This document shows positions 1-12,438 of a stretch of 64,000 nucleotides of DNA, one piece after another (position 1 is the first letter of the stretch; the number at the start of each line of letters is the position of its first letter). The notes under the pieces are model-generated. The model was given only the letters and a program-made list of their open reading frames with translations. It was not told where the DNA came from and ran no database searches. A program made the position numbers and the translations under genes. This stretch comes from Eutreptiella sp. 'Long Island Sound 2002' (lineage: Eukaryota > Protista > Euglenida): the NCBI GenBank assembly GCA_964036045.1, contig OZ038378.1:16244001-16308000 (forward strand), in the 5' to 3' direction.

Positions 1-3000
1 CACCGCAGGAGTCATGTTATTTAAGGGGCCACAGGCAAGGCGGTACACACAGAACGCGGTGCCCACACAAGGCGGTGCACAAAAAAGGCAGCCTGTGGCC
101 ACCGCAGGAGTCATGTTATTTAAGGGGCAACAGGCAAGGCGGTACACACAGAACGCGGTGCCTACACAAGGCGGTGCACACAAAAGGCGGCCTGTGGCCA
201 CCGCAGGAGTCATGTTATTTCAGGGGCCACAGGCAAGGCGGTACACACAGAAGGCGGTGCCTACACAAGGCGGTGCACACAAAAGGCGGCCTGTGGCCAC
301 CGCAGGAGTCATGTTATTTCAGGGGCCACAGGCAAGGCGGTACACACAGAAGGCGGTGCCCACACAAGGCGGTGCACACAAAAGGCGGCTTATGGCCACC
401 GCAGGAGTCATGTTATTTAAGGGGCCACAGGCAAGGTGGTACACACAGAAGGCGGTGCCCACACAAGGCGGTGCAGACAACAGGCGGCCTGTGGCCACCG
501 CAGGAGTCGTGTTATGTAAGGGACCACAAGCAAGGCGGTGCACGTAGAACGCGGTGCACACAAAAGGCGGCCTGTGGCCACCGCAGGTGTCATGTTATTT
601 TAGGGGCCACAGGCAAGGCGGTACACACAGAAGGCGGTGCCTACACAAGGCGGTGCACACAAAAGGCGGCCTGTGGCCACCGCAGGAGTCATGTTATTTA
701 AGGGGCCACAGGCAAGGCGGTCCACACAGAAGGCGGTGCCTACACAAGGCGGTGCACACAAAAGGCGGCCTGTGGCCACCGCAGGAGTCATGTTATTTAA
801 GGGGCCACAGGCAAGGCGGTACACACAGAACGCGGTGCCCACACAAGGCGGTGCACACAAAAGGCGGCCTGTGGCCACCGCAGGAGTCATGTTATTTCAG
901 GGGCCACAGGCAAGGCGGTACACACAGAACGCGGTGCCTACACAAGGCGGTGCACACAAAAGGCGGCCTGTGGCCACCGCAGGAGTCATGTTATTTCAGG
1001 GGCCACAGGCAAGGCGGTACACACAGAAGGCGGTGCCCACACAAGGCGGTGCACACAAAAGGCGGCCTATGGCCACCGCAGGAGTCATGTTATTTAAGGG
1101 GCAACAGGCAAGGCGGTACACACAGAAGGCGGTGCACACAAAAGGCGGCCTGTGGCCACCGCAGGAGTCATGTTATTTAAGGGGCCATAGGCAAGGCGGT
1201 GCACATAGAACGCGGTGCACACAAAAGGCGGCCTGTGGCCACCGCAGGAGTCATGTTATTTAAGGAGCCACAGGCAAGGCGGTACACACAGAAGGCGGTG
1301 CCTACACAAGGCGGTGCACACAAAAGGCGGCCTGGGGCCACCGCAGGAGTCATGTTATTTCAGGGGCCACAGGCAAGGCGGTACACACAGATGGCGGTGC
1401 CCACACAAGGCGGTGCACACAAAAGGCGGCCTATGGCCACCGCAGGAGTCATGTTATTTCAGGGGCCACAGGCAAGGCGGTACACACAGAAGGCGGTGCC
1501 CACACAAGGCGGTGCACACAAAAGGCGGCCTGTGGCCACCGCAGGAGTCATGTTATTTAAGGGGCCACAGGCAAGGCGGTACACACAGATGGCGGTGCCC
1601 ACACAAGGCGGTGCACACAAAAGGCGGCCTATGGCCACCGCAGGAGTCATGTTATTTAAGGGGCCACAGACAAGGCGGTGCACATAGAACGCGGTGCACA
1701 CAAAAGGCAGCCTGTGGCCACCGCAGGAGTCATGTTATTTAAGGAGCCACAGGCAAGGCGGTACACACAGAAGGCGGTGCCCACACAAGGCGGTGCACAC
1801 AAAAGGCGGCCTGTGGCCACCGCAGGAGTCATGTTATTTCAGGGGCCACAGGCAAGGCGGTACACACATAAGGCGGTGCCTACACAAGGCGGTGCACACA
1901 AAAGGCGGCCTGTGGCCACCGCAGGAGTCATGTTATTTCAGGGGCCACAGGCAAGGCGGTACACACAGAAGGCGGTGCCCACACAAGGCGGTGCACACAA
2001 AAGGCGGCCTATGGCCACCGCAGGAGTCATGTTATTTAAGGGGCAACAGGCAAGGTGGTACACACAGAAGGCGGTGCCCACACAAGGCGGTGCACACAAA
2101 AGGCGGCCTGTGGCCACCGCAGGAGTCATGTTATTTAAGGGGCCACAGGCAAGGTGGTACACACAGAAGGCGGTGCCTACACAAGGCGGTGCAGACAACA
2201 GGCGGCCTGTGGCCACCGCAGAAGTCGTGTTATTTAAGGGACCACAGGCAAGGCGGTGCACGTAGAACGCGGTGCACACAAAAGGCGGCCTGTGGCCACC
2301 GCAGGAGTCATGTTATTTTAGGGGCCACAGGCAAGGCGGTACACACAGAAGGCGGTGCCTACACAAGGCGGTGCACACAAAAGGCGGCCTGTGGCCACCG
2401 CAGGAGTCATGTTATTTAAGGGGCCACAGGCAAGGCGGTCCACACAGAAGGCGGTGCCTACACAAGGCGGTGCAGACAAAAGGCGGCCTGTGGCCACCGC
2501 AGGAGTCATGTTATTTAAGGGGCCACAGGCAAGGCGGTACACACAGAAGGCGGTGCCCACACAAGGCGGTGCACACAAAAGGCGGCCTGTGGCCACCGCA
2601 GGAGTCATGTTATTTCAGGGGCCACAAGCAAGGCGGTACACACAGAACGCGGTGCCCACACAAGGCGGTGCACAAAAAAGGCAGCCTGTGGCCACCGCAG
2701 GAGTCATGTTATTTCAGGGGCCACAGGCAAGGCGGTACACACAGAAGGCGGTGCCTACACAAGGCGGTGCACACAAAAGGCGGCCTGTGGCCACCGCAGG
2801 AGTCATGTTATTTCAGGGGCCCCAGGCAAGGCGGTACACACAGAAGGCGGTGCCCACACGAGGCGGTGCACACAAAAGGCGGCCTGTGGCCACCGCAGGA
2901 GTCATGTTATTTAAGGGGCCACAGGCAAGGCGGTGCACATAGAACGCGGTGCACACAAAAGGCAGCCTGTGGCCACCGCAGGAGTCATGTTATTTAAGGA

Positions 3001-5742
3001 GCCACAGGCAAGGCGGTACACACAGAAGGCTGTGCCCACACAAGGCGGTGCACACAAAAGGCGGCCTGTGGCCACCGCAGGAGTCATGTTATTTCAGGGG
3101 CCACAGGCAAGGCGGTACACACATAAGGCGGTGCCTACACAAGGCGGTGCACACAAAAGGCGGCCTGTGGCCACCGCAGGAGTCATGTTATTTCAGGGGC
3201 CACAGGCAAGGCGGTACACACAGAAGGCGGTGCCCACACAAGGCGGTGCACACAAAAGGCGGCCTATGGCCACCGCAGGAGTCATGTTATTTAAGGGGCC
3301 ACAGGCAAGGTGGTACACACAGAAGGCGGTGCCTACACAAGGCGGTGCAGACAACAGGCGGCCTGTGGCCACCGCAGAAGTCGTGTTATTTAAGGGACCA
3401 CAGGCAAGGCGGTGCACGTAGAACGCGGTGCACACAAAAGGCGGCCTGTGGCCACCGCAGGAGTCATGTTATTTTAGGGGCCACAGGCAAGGCGGTACAC
3501 ACAGAAGGCGGTGCCTACACAAGGCGGTGCACACAAAAGGCGGCCTGTGGCCACCGCAGGAGTCATGTTATTTAAGGGGCCACAGGCAAGGCGGTCCACA
3601 CAGAAGGCGGTGCCTACACAAGGCGGTGCAGACAAAAGGCGGCCTGTGGCCACCGCAGGAGTCATGTTATTTAAGGGGCCACAGGCAAGGCGGTACACAC
3701 AGAAGGCGGTGCCCACACAAGGCGGTGCACACAAAAGGCGGCCTATGGCCACCGCAGGAGTCATGTTATTTCAGGGGCCACAAGCAAGGCGGTACACACA
3801 GAACGCGGTGCCCGCACAAGGCGGTGCACAAAAAAGGCAGCCTGTGGCCACCGCAGGAGTCATGTTATTTCAGGGGCCACAGGCAAGGCGGTACACACAG
3901 AAGGCGGTGCCTACACAAGGCGGTGCACACAAAAGGCGGCCTGTGGCCACCGCAGGAGTCATGTTATTTCAGGGGCCACAGGCAAGGCGGTACACACAGA
4001 AGGCGGTGCCCACACAAGGCGGTGCACACAAAAGGCGGCCTGTGGCCACCGCAGGAGTCATGTTATTTAAGGGGCCACAGGCAAGGCGGTGCACATAGAA
4101 CGCGGTGCACACAAAAGGCGGCCTGTGGCCACCGCAGGAGTCATGTTATTTAAGGAGCCACAGGCAAGGCGGTACACACAGAAGGCGGTGCCTACACAAG
4201 GCGGTGCACACGAAAGGCGGCCTGGGGCCACCGCAGGAGTCATGTTATTTCAAAGGCCACAGGCAAGGCGGTACACACAGAACGCGGTGCCCACACAAGG
4301 CGGTGCACACAAAAGGCGGCCTGTGGCCACCGCAGGAGTCATGTTATTTCAGGGGCCACAAGCAAGGCGGTACACACAGAACGCGGTGCCCACACAAGGC
4401 GGTGCACAAAAAAGGCAGCCTGTGGCCACCGCAGGAGTCATGTTATTTCAGGGGCCACAGGCAAGGCGGTACACACAGAAGGCGGTGCCTACACAAGGCG
4501 GTGCACACAAAAGGCGGCCTGTGGCCACCGCAGGAGTCATGTTATTTCAGGGGCCACAGGCAAGGCGGTACACACAGAAGGCGGTGCCCACACAAGGCGG
4601 TGCACACAAAAGGCGGCCTGTGGCCACCGCAGGAGTCATGTTATTTAAGGGGCCACAGGCAAGGCGGTGCACATAGAACGCGGTGCACACAAAAGGCGGC
4701 CTGTGGCCACCGCAGGAGTCATGTTATTTAAGGAGCCACAGGCAAGGCGGTACACACAGAAGGCGGTGCCTACACAAGGCGGTGCACACGAAAGGCGGCC
4801 TGGGGCCACCGCAGGAGTCATGTTATTTCAAAGGCCACAGGCAAGGCGGTACACACAGAAGGCGGTGCCCACACAAGGCGGTGCACACAAAAGGCGGCCT
4901 ATGGCCACCGCAGGAGTCATGTTATTTAAGGGGCCACAGGCAAGGCGGTACACACAGAAGGCGGTGCCCACACAAGGCGGTGCACACAAAAGGCAGCCTG
5001 TGGCCACCGCAGGAGTCATGTTATTTAAGGGGCCACAGGCAAGGCGGTGCACATAGAACGCGGTGCACACAAAAGGCGGCCTGTGGCCACCGCAGGAGTC
5101 ATGTTATTTAAGGAGCCACAGGCAAGGCGGTACACACAGAAGGCGGTGCCTACACAAGGCGGTGCACACGAAAGGTGGCCTGGGGCCACCGCAGGAGTCA
5201 TGTTATTTCAAAGGCCACAGGCAAGGCGGTGCACACAGAAGGCGGTGCCTACACAAGGCGGTGCACACAAAAGGCGGCTTGTGGCCACCGCAGGAGTCAT
5301 GTTATTTAAGGAGCCACAGGCAAGGCGGTACACACAGAAGGCGGTGCCTACACAAGGTGGTGCACACGAAAGGCGGCCTGTGGCCACCGCAGGAGTCATG
5401 TTATTTAAGGGGCCACAGGCAAGGTGGTACACACAGAAGGCGGTGCCCACACAAGGCGGTGCAGACAACAGGCGGCCTGTGGCCACCGCAGGAGTCGTGT
5501 TATTTAAGGGGCCACAGGCAAGGGGGTGCACGTAGAACGCGGTGCACACAAAAGGCGGCCTGTGGCCACCGCAGGAGTCATGTTATTTTAGGGGCCACAG
5601 GCAAGGCGGTACACACAGAAGGCGGTGCCTACACAAGGCGGTGCACACAAAAGGCGGCCTGTGGCCACCGCAGGAGTCATGTTATCTCAGGGGCCACAGG
5701 CAAGGCGGTACACACATAACGCGGTGCGCACAAAAGGCGGCC
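1..5742. repeat. Tandem satellite, 99-bp monomer with interspersed 83-bp variant monomers; runs off the left edge
   Basis: Consensus GCCTGTGGCCACCGCAGGAGTCATGTTATTT(A/C)AGGGGCCACAGGCAAGGCGGTACACACAGAAGGCGGTGCC(C/T)ACACAAGGCGGTGCACACAAAAGGCG repeats continuously. The 33-aa periodicity of the ORFs confirms 99 bp. Short monomers lack one 16-bp subunit. Confidence 0.97.
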
Positions 5743-5930
5743 GGCGGTTTGGCCGGCCGATTTCGGCCGGCCGGCTGGCCGGCCGAACCGCCGGAACCTA
5801 CCCGGCCGGCGGTGTCGGCCAAATTTTCGGCCGAAATCCTCAACGGCGGTCTCGGCCGGCCGATTTCGGCCGGCCGGACCGCCGCCGAGTTTTTCGGCCG
5901 AGGACCGCCGCCGAGCCCCACCGCCGTTTC
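5743..5930. repeat. GC-rich palindromic cassette (CGGCCG cluster) abutting the satellite
   Basis: Hairpin GGCCGGCCGA-TT-TCGGCCGG(CC) at about 5751 and again at about 5854, perfect palindrome TTTCGGCCGAAA at about 5825-5836, and many CGGCCG sites. Confidence 0.7.
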
Positions 5931-7159
5931 ATTCCGATGAGCTCCACCCCTGGTTTATTTAGCTTTTCTGCCCACTCCAGTCCCACGTTTTTCGTCCTTT
6001 CCCCAATCCCTCCCATTTTTCTTGCCAATTTCAGTCATGTCTTCCACTCACTACTCACTGAATTGGAGCCTTTGCTGAATTACATCCTATTGCTATTTTT
6101 GTTGCCTTGTGTTCTTTCACACATATGGATATCCATATCGCAATACTTCAAGGGAGAACCAGAGCACATGCACTGGACCTAAAAGGTGATACTTTTCCAA
6201 AGTCATGGCGGGTGGGAAGACCATGGCAGAGACCAACACACACACCGGAACCAAAGTTTTGTCGCTAGCCCAGTAACCCATTGCAATTCGCTCAAAAGTC
6301 TTGTGACAACATACCTTTTTAAGAATGTGGTGAAACATGGTCAATTGTCGGTATTGTGTGGCTCTTGTTGGCTTGCAGAGCTAGTTCACCGCCATGGTGG
6401 CTAGTATGGATGGGTGCTGACCCATTGCAACGATCAAGTTGAGGTTCTCTATGAAATATTTTGCAAATGGGTCGGTACATGGCAATACTGTGTTGTATAA
6501 TATGTGTCCCGTTGTATAACATGTGTCCCGTTTATGTCCCATGTGTCCGATTGTATCCTGAAAAAATTTCTACTGTATCCCAATGTATCCCACAAGGCGG
6601 GGGTGGTGCGCCAGTCCTTGTATGTGAAGCCCCCCCCCCCCCCGACCCCCTCCCCCAAAGGTTTTGAGAGATAATGGTTTTGGTGGTGTGTGGAGTGTGG
6701 CCGTGGTTGGTCTCATCCGGCCCGGCAAATTTTTTCTTGACCCTAAATAGTGAGGCTATAGAACTAACAAGTACCTAGGGCAGTTGTGTAGGGTGTGGGC
6801 GTTTGTGGTTTTCTTGCTTCTCTTTGTGTTCTCTTTGTACATCTTAGTGACACATCATGAGTAACAAGGCGAAGAGCCCTTCGCACACTTTGGACATTGA
6901 TTGTTCGCAGCCGTGCCCAAGCCGGCTTTCGTTGCCCTTCGCTTGGCAACGCCCATGACACCCATACCTCGTCGGTGCCCCCTCATTCAAGATCATTCAA
7001 GACCGTTCCAGATTATCCTATTCTTTTGGTTAGGGGTGGTGCGTGAGTCAAGCTATGTGGTCCGCATACCCAACTGTTCGGAGGTGCTACACCCCCCATC
7101 CCACCCCCCCAAGCCCCCCCCCCCCCCCTCCGGGTGGCCACTCGACGATGGTAGAGAGG

Positions 7160-7620
7160 TGGGTCCGGCAGATGGGATAAAGATTGTCCTACTAACCAAA
7201 TTGTCGAAGGAGTTGGACAAAAGGTTTCAAAATCAGGCATACGAGCACCTAGAGGCTGCCGGTTTCAGGTCTTGGCATACGGCACAAGTGAGAGACCAGG
7301 AAACAAAAAAGGTGGTTGCATCAGAGTTAAAATGGGGGGCAGAGCCTAGAGCCTAGAGCGGATGGGTGCCCACAAGCATTATGGGCTGGCCAAAAGACCG
7401 TTTAACATTCCTTGTGTAGACGAGGCAGAAATGAATGTGTGGATGCTTTTGTAAGTTTTGGAAGACAATTGTAGCTGATGACAGCCTACCGATGCCCTTC
7501 AGGTTGAATGGTCCAGTTGTTTTGTTGTCTTCTCCATCCTTATGTGATGCGGAAAGGGCCGTTGTAATCCTATTGTGAGGCCCTCCGTAACAACCGCGCT
7601 GGCCTATGATCCGCATGCAT
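7160..7620 (+). mobile_element. Possible decayed hAT transposase C-terminus (dimerisation-domain-like)
   Basis: Frame at about 7440-7565 reads VDAFVSFWKTIVADDSLPMPFRLNGPVVLLSSPSLCDAERAV, resembling the hAT W...P..L...L..PS....ER..S pattern. It is preceded by a coding-like helical stretch (LLTKLSKELDKRFQNQAYEHLEAAGF). Frameshifts and stops are present. Confidence 0.4.
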
Positions 7621-9712
7621 CTAATTGGGGCCAAGGACATTAAGGACATTGATCGTGATGGGTATCCACATACCCTGGTGGCCTGGTCATGGGGTGCTGT
7701 AGCACGCCGACAACGCTCTTCTCAAAATGTAAGGAAGTGCCAAAAGGACAAGGGAAAGGGATGGAAGGAGACATGTGTCGTGACCGAATCTATAGCATAC
7801 ACTTACCATCTAGCGCATATCTCTGATGGAGAAAGCTCCTTGTCCTCTTTTGAACGTCTCTCAACGGATGGCTCTGGCTGTCGTCAGTATAAGTGATAGT
7901 GAGAGCAACAATAGTAATGGTGAAAGTCCCAACAATGTCGGAGAGGGCAACAATGATTAACAAGCCTGGAAAAACAAAAAAAAACTATTTGTTGGAAAAA
8001 CAGAAAAAAAGTATTTGTTGCAGTATGCAGTTTGTTTTGCATGTGTTCCTTTGCCTCACCGGATGCATTACATGCTTCGTCACAGCCTGTGGAGCTGAAT
8101 ATGGGGCTGTTTTTTTTTTGTGATGCATATTGTGATGCTTCATCATGGCATGGGTGGGGGGTGGGGGGTGGGGGCGAGCTATGCCCATCCCTGCCTCAAT
8201 CGCCATGGAATTTTTGATAGATAGTTGGGGGGTGGTTCGTAGCGGAACTAGGTCTAGCTGCAAGTCGCATGGAATGCACACCAACCGAAAGTCTAGTCTA
8301 TGTATCTATGGTTGCGGGGGGGTCGCAAGCATGGTGTGCACACCGTGCGCATAATGCGGGTGTACCAAGAGCCCACACACCCAGTTTGGAGGGTTGTGCT
8401 TGTGCGTGAGCGGTCACACGGATTCAAGATATGTCCCCTCATGGTAGCCACTGTTTGATGTTATGCCCATCTTCTTGCCCTATTTTTAGCTGTTGGTATT
8501 GGTGGTGATGCACATGCAGTTGCAACAAAGCGGCTTTTTGTGGGAATGGTAGTGTGGCATTCCTCTTGTCGTGCATTGAGTGCTAGCATGTGTTTGAATA
8601 TGCAATTCTAGGCCTCTTGTGAGTGTTGTGTCATTCCCCGTGCTTCCAAGGCACACGTACAGGCCTCCTTATTTAAATGTGGTCTCGCCGTTTGTACACG
8701 CCGTTGTTAGGCGAACTTTTGCCTGTCACGATTGCCATGATTGTGGGTACCTAGAGCGGGGGCCAGATTTCATCAAGAACACATACAAGCCGCGCAAGGA
8801 GGAGGTGCCCTGAAAATTCCAAGAATGTTGAAGTCATCTGACAGCCACCAACGAGTTACAATAGTCAAAGCCCCAACCAAGGAATCACCCAGGACAAGTA
8901 TACCACATTTTGAGCACCTCAAAGAGACACTATTTTGAGGGTTTCTGATGGGGGGCCACTAGCACTAGTTTTCATCAAGTGGTGCACGGTGTGGGCATGG
9001 TGTGCGCACAGCGCACGCACGTGGTGCGCGGCCACCCCCTGCATGCGCGCATGTGTGATCATTGATGCCTAAAGGCTTAGGCCAGTGTACGCATGGAGAG
9101 ACACGGGGCTGGACCCAAAACCTGAACCCTAGTCTGGACCTAGATCCCCTGGTTTTCGCAGCCCTGGGCAGCACCCGTGGTGTAGCACACAGGGCTGCAC
9201 AAGCGCTGCATACACCTGCGTGCTTGTGTGCGTTTGTGTGTTTGTGTGCGCGTGCTTGTGGGTGTGTCCATTTGTGGTTGCTGACTGACAATGCCACAAT
9301 ATTGAGTGCAGCTTTCTTGTTGCCTTCTGTGTTGTTTGTCAAGATGTGTGCTTGTGTCTTTGCTACTTATGGATGCTAGTCGCAAAGGATTATGCCACCC
9401 AAATAAAACACTACTCAAACAAAATTTCAGCACTGCAATCTATTAAGATGTCTTCCCCGTCGTTCGACGTTGTGTATGTGTGCACGTGCGTGTAACCGCC
9501 ATTAGTCGCCAACTGACCATGACTGCCTATTCTGGGGGCCTGCTTTTCCTTTTCCTCTGTGTCCCTGCAGAAAAGTGCCTAGCCTCTGACATGCAACATG
9601 TTTTATCATTGTTGGCCCGACCAGAAGTCCCAGTGTCCAGTGGTCTTTGCTGTGCGATCGCTGAAGGGCGTGCGTGGGTATTGGCGCGTGCGTGGGTATT
9701 GGCGTTCTCGCA

Positions 9713-9750
<38 letters not shown>

Positions 9751-9839
9751 CGTGTCTTCGAATGTGTGTGCTCGTGTCCGGATCCTCAGGCCTAACGTCC
9801 CAACCCTGATTTTCTTCTATCTATCTATGCCCTACACAG

Positions 9840-9967
9840 AAGCAGTATGTGGTGTACACAGCGGAGCCCAACCTGGGTGTTCTGGGCAAGCGGCTGAAGG
9901 GAGACGCGAAGAAGATCGGACCTGAGATCAAGAAATGGACCCATGACGATGTGGCCCAATTCCTGAA
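9840..9967 (+). CDS. IARS1: Cytosolic isoleucyl-tRNA synthetase, internal exon (first visible)
   Basis: CAG acceptor at 9837-9839 and GTATGG donor at 9968. Translates KQYVVYTAEPNLGVLGKRLKGDAKKIGPEIKKWTHDDVAQFLK, matching the eukaryotic IleRS AEPxxxxLGKRLKG segment. Ends in phase 2. Confidence 0.9.
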
Positions 9968-11127
9968 GTATGGATGTGTGACAGCAGTCTGAAACAGGAT
10001 GAGCAGTGTGGGCCATCATTGTGGGTGTGTGCAGCACAACACGGAGGGGTGGTGGATGCAAGGGTTTGAGCAGAACACGGGGGGGATGTGTGTGTGTGTG
10101 TGTGTGTGTGGATGCATGAGTCTGCTGGGGGGGATGCGGGGGATCATGCTTTTGGGACTGGGTCAAGGGGGAGGATGATGGGTCAGTCACCTTGGCTGCT
10201 GACGGGCGTTTGCTCAGTGGTGAGGGCTGAGGGTGATTGTCTTTGACACCCAAACGTCTCGTGCAAAATGCACATCAGCCACAGAGGGGATCTTATGCCG
10301 CGTGCTTGTGTTGAGGTGCTTTCCCTCATTGGCGAGAAGAAAAAGGAAGGAATGTGGTCGAGGAATGGAATGGAAGCGTAGGGTTTTGGTGGCTGGTGTG
10401 CGCCAGAGCAAGATTTTTGCAGGATTTTGAGGCTGTTTGGGGAATGATGTCACTCAGTAAGAACAGCCCCTTGTTTTGGCAAATTTGAAGGCCCGTTGTG
10501 AACGCCTACTGCCCCAAGTCTCTCCGATTCCTTTTGTTTTTGTGAATTCTCGACCGCAAAACAGGGCGTTTCCTCCTCCATGTGTCCCTGGAGAGCAACT
10601 GGCCTAACACCATTGGGCTGCTGCAGTGATTGGTGCCATGGCCCCACGACGAACTGGCCACCCAGAGCCACCCCCGCATTTATGCCCCCCTCCCCCAAAG
10701 CGCTGTCCCGCCATTTCCCCAAATTAGTTGCGGTGAAGAGTCATGGGCCTGAAAATGACTGCATATGCAGCCTACTAGCGCTGGCAGGGGGGCAGTGTGC
10801 CGCACGGATGAGCCGTGAAATAAGACACTCTGACTCACACAACTGCACCTTCCCTGCCCCCACATTCGAGGGACGCTCAAAAAAGGATTTCGCACAACAG
10901 ACGTGGCACTGCACGCTGGCTGTGGTACACGGCCTCATGGAACATCCCCTAAGCAAGCCCCTGGTGCCTTGAGCCTCCCTCCTCCCACCCAGAGCAACGG
11001 CCGGGCTGCTGCCGTGACTGTGTGGCAAAGGAGGGTATGAGAGCTCAGGCCTTGATCCAGGTTGGTGCCAATGCCCGGCATAGTGGTGGCTGTGCCCGAC
11101 AGTGTGGCTGTCTCTGTCCCTCTGTAG

Positions 11128-11236
11128 TACCAAGAAAGCCGTGGTCCTGGGCCATGAGTTGGGCGAGGATGACGTCAAAGTGGTGCGGAATTTTGCCGAA
11201 GGATGTGGAGATTACCTCTCCAATGGGGACGGGCAG
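11128..11236 (+). CDS. IARS1: Cytosolic isoleucyl-tRNA synthetase, internal exon
   Basis: Pyrimidine tract plus TAG acceptor, CAG/GT donor. Phase 2 joins the previous exon (AA+T = Asn). Reads TKKAVVLGHELGEDDVKVVRNFAEGCGDYLSNGDGQ (IleRS GHELxxED motif). Confidence 0.9.
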
Positions 11237-11660
11237 GTCCGCTGCCGCTGCTCTGTTCCATGCACCCGCATGTCCCGGGCGGAGGAACACTGAGTCATGT
11301 GGCCGGGACGTTCTCCTCAAAGAGAAAACCCTCGTTGCTCCGCAACCCCATGGCCCTGTGTCACGTTCCCACATCATTTGTGGTGCAGCACCCCCTGAAC
11401 CGCGCGCTTCGGGAATGACTCCATGTGAAGCCTCTGCTGGCGCTGGCAGGGGAGTGCACGCGTTTTGCCAAAAATGATACTGGGCCCTTTGGGATGCACA
11501 AACAAGTGAAATGAGCCCACTTTGAGCCCGTTTTGACTTTTTTGGGCCCATCGAATGTCCTCTAAACCGTTGAAAATAGGTCATTTTGGAACCAAAAATG
11601 TGTCAAAATAGCAGTGGGACCACCATTCCAGTCTCTCCCACAGAGCCCCAAAGCCCCCTT

Positions 11661-11664
<4 letters not shown>

Positions 11665-11713
<49 letters not shown>
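11665..11713. repeat. (TC)n microsatellite. Others: (GT)n about 9715-9746 and 10088-10110, (GTGGT)n about 28352-28380, (GAAT)n about 48016-48036, (AGCA)n about 53977-54012, (TA)n about 57150-57190
   Basis: Directly visible simple repeats. Confidence 0.9.
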
Positions 11714-11717
<4 letters not shown>

Positions 11718-12330
11718 AATGACCTCCATGAACCAAAGCTGGTCACCCAAAAGCCATGGCACCGGGCTGCCCGCTCTGGCGCAGTGTTGCCATCGTGGGC
11801 AGTGGGACAACCTTTCCCCTCTCACCGCACAACTGCACCAAGCCCCCCCCCCCTCCACACAGCGAGCAATGGAAATGCCGCACCATCAAGCGACCGTCGT
11901 CCACAGCCCAGAGGGAAGCCTCTACAAAGCACAACCAAGTGCTTTACACTGGAAGTACCAACCGGCAAACCTGCATCATTTCAATAACTTAATCAGTTAA
12001 TCCCCCCCACCCCCTCACACACGTTGAAAACCAACAGACCCCATAGAACACCTTCTTTTTGCGCCACCGGTTTTAGTTGTTCACCATTTGTAGCCCCCCC
12101 AAAACAGCCATCACGACCCCCCCCGCACACACAAATTGCCTTTTCCAGCAGTGCGCCCAGCCAGACGTTTGGCGTAAGCCTGCAAACCGAATAGCCAGTA
12201 CTGTGGCGATTCCATGTTCAAAGTGCTGTGAGTGCACTGAGCGGTGTGTGTGTTTGCCTGCCCCTCAGTGTTTGTGTTTGTGGCTGTGCTGGGTCGCTTT
12301 GTGTGGTGTGGTGTGTGTGTGTGTGTGTAG

Positions 12331-12438
12331 GTGCTTGTGATGCTGGACAAAACCCAATCAGAGGAACTGCTGTTGAAGGGATTGGCTCGTGAATTCACCA
12401 ACCGCGTTCAGAAGTTGCGCAAGACGGCTGGTTTGCAG
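12331..12438 (+). CDS. IARS1: Cytosolic isoleucyl-tRNA synthetase, internal exon
   Basis: TAG acceptor and CAG/GT donor, phase 0-0. Reads VLVMLDKTQSEELLLKGLAREFTNRVQKLRKTAGLQ (hallmark GxARExxNRxQKLRK). Confidence 0.95.

Noticed and set aside
1-5742. CRISPR-like array, or genes from the many 160-240-aa ORFs
   Set aside because: The 'spacers' are identical between units and there are no cas genes. The ORFs exist because 99 bp is a multiple of 3, and they frameshift at each 83-mer.
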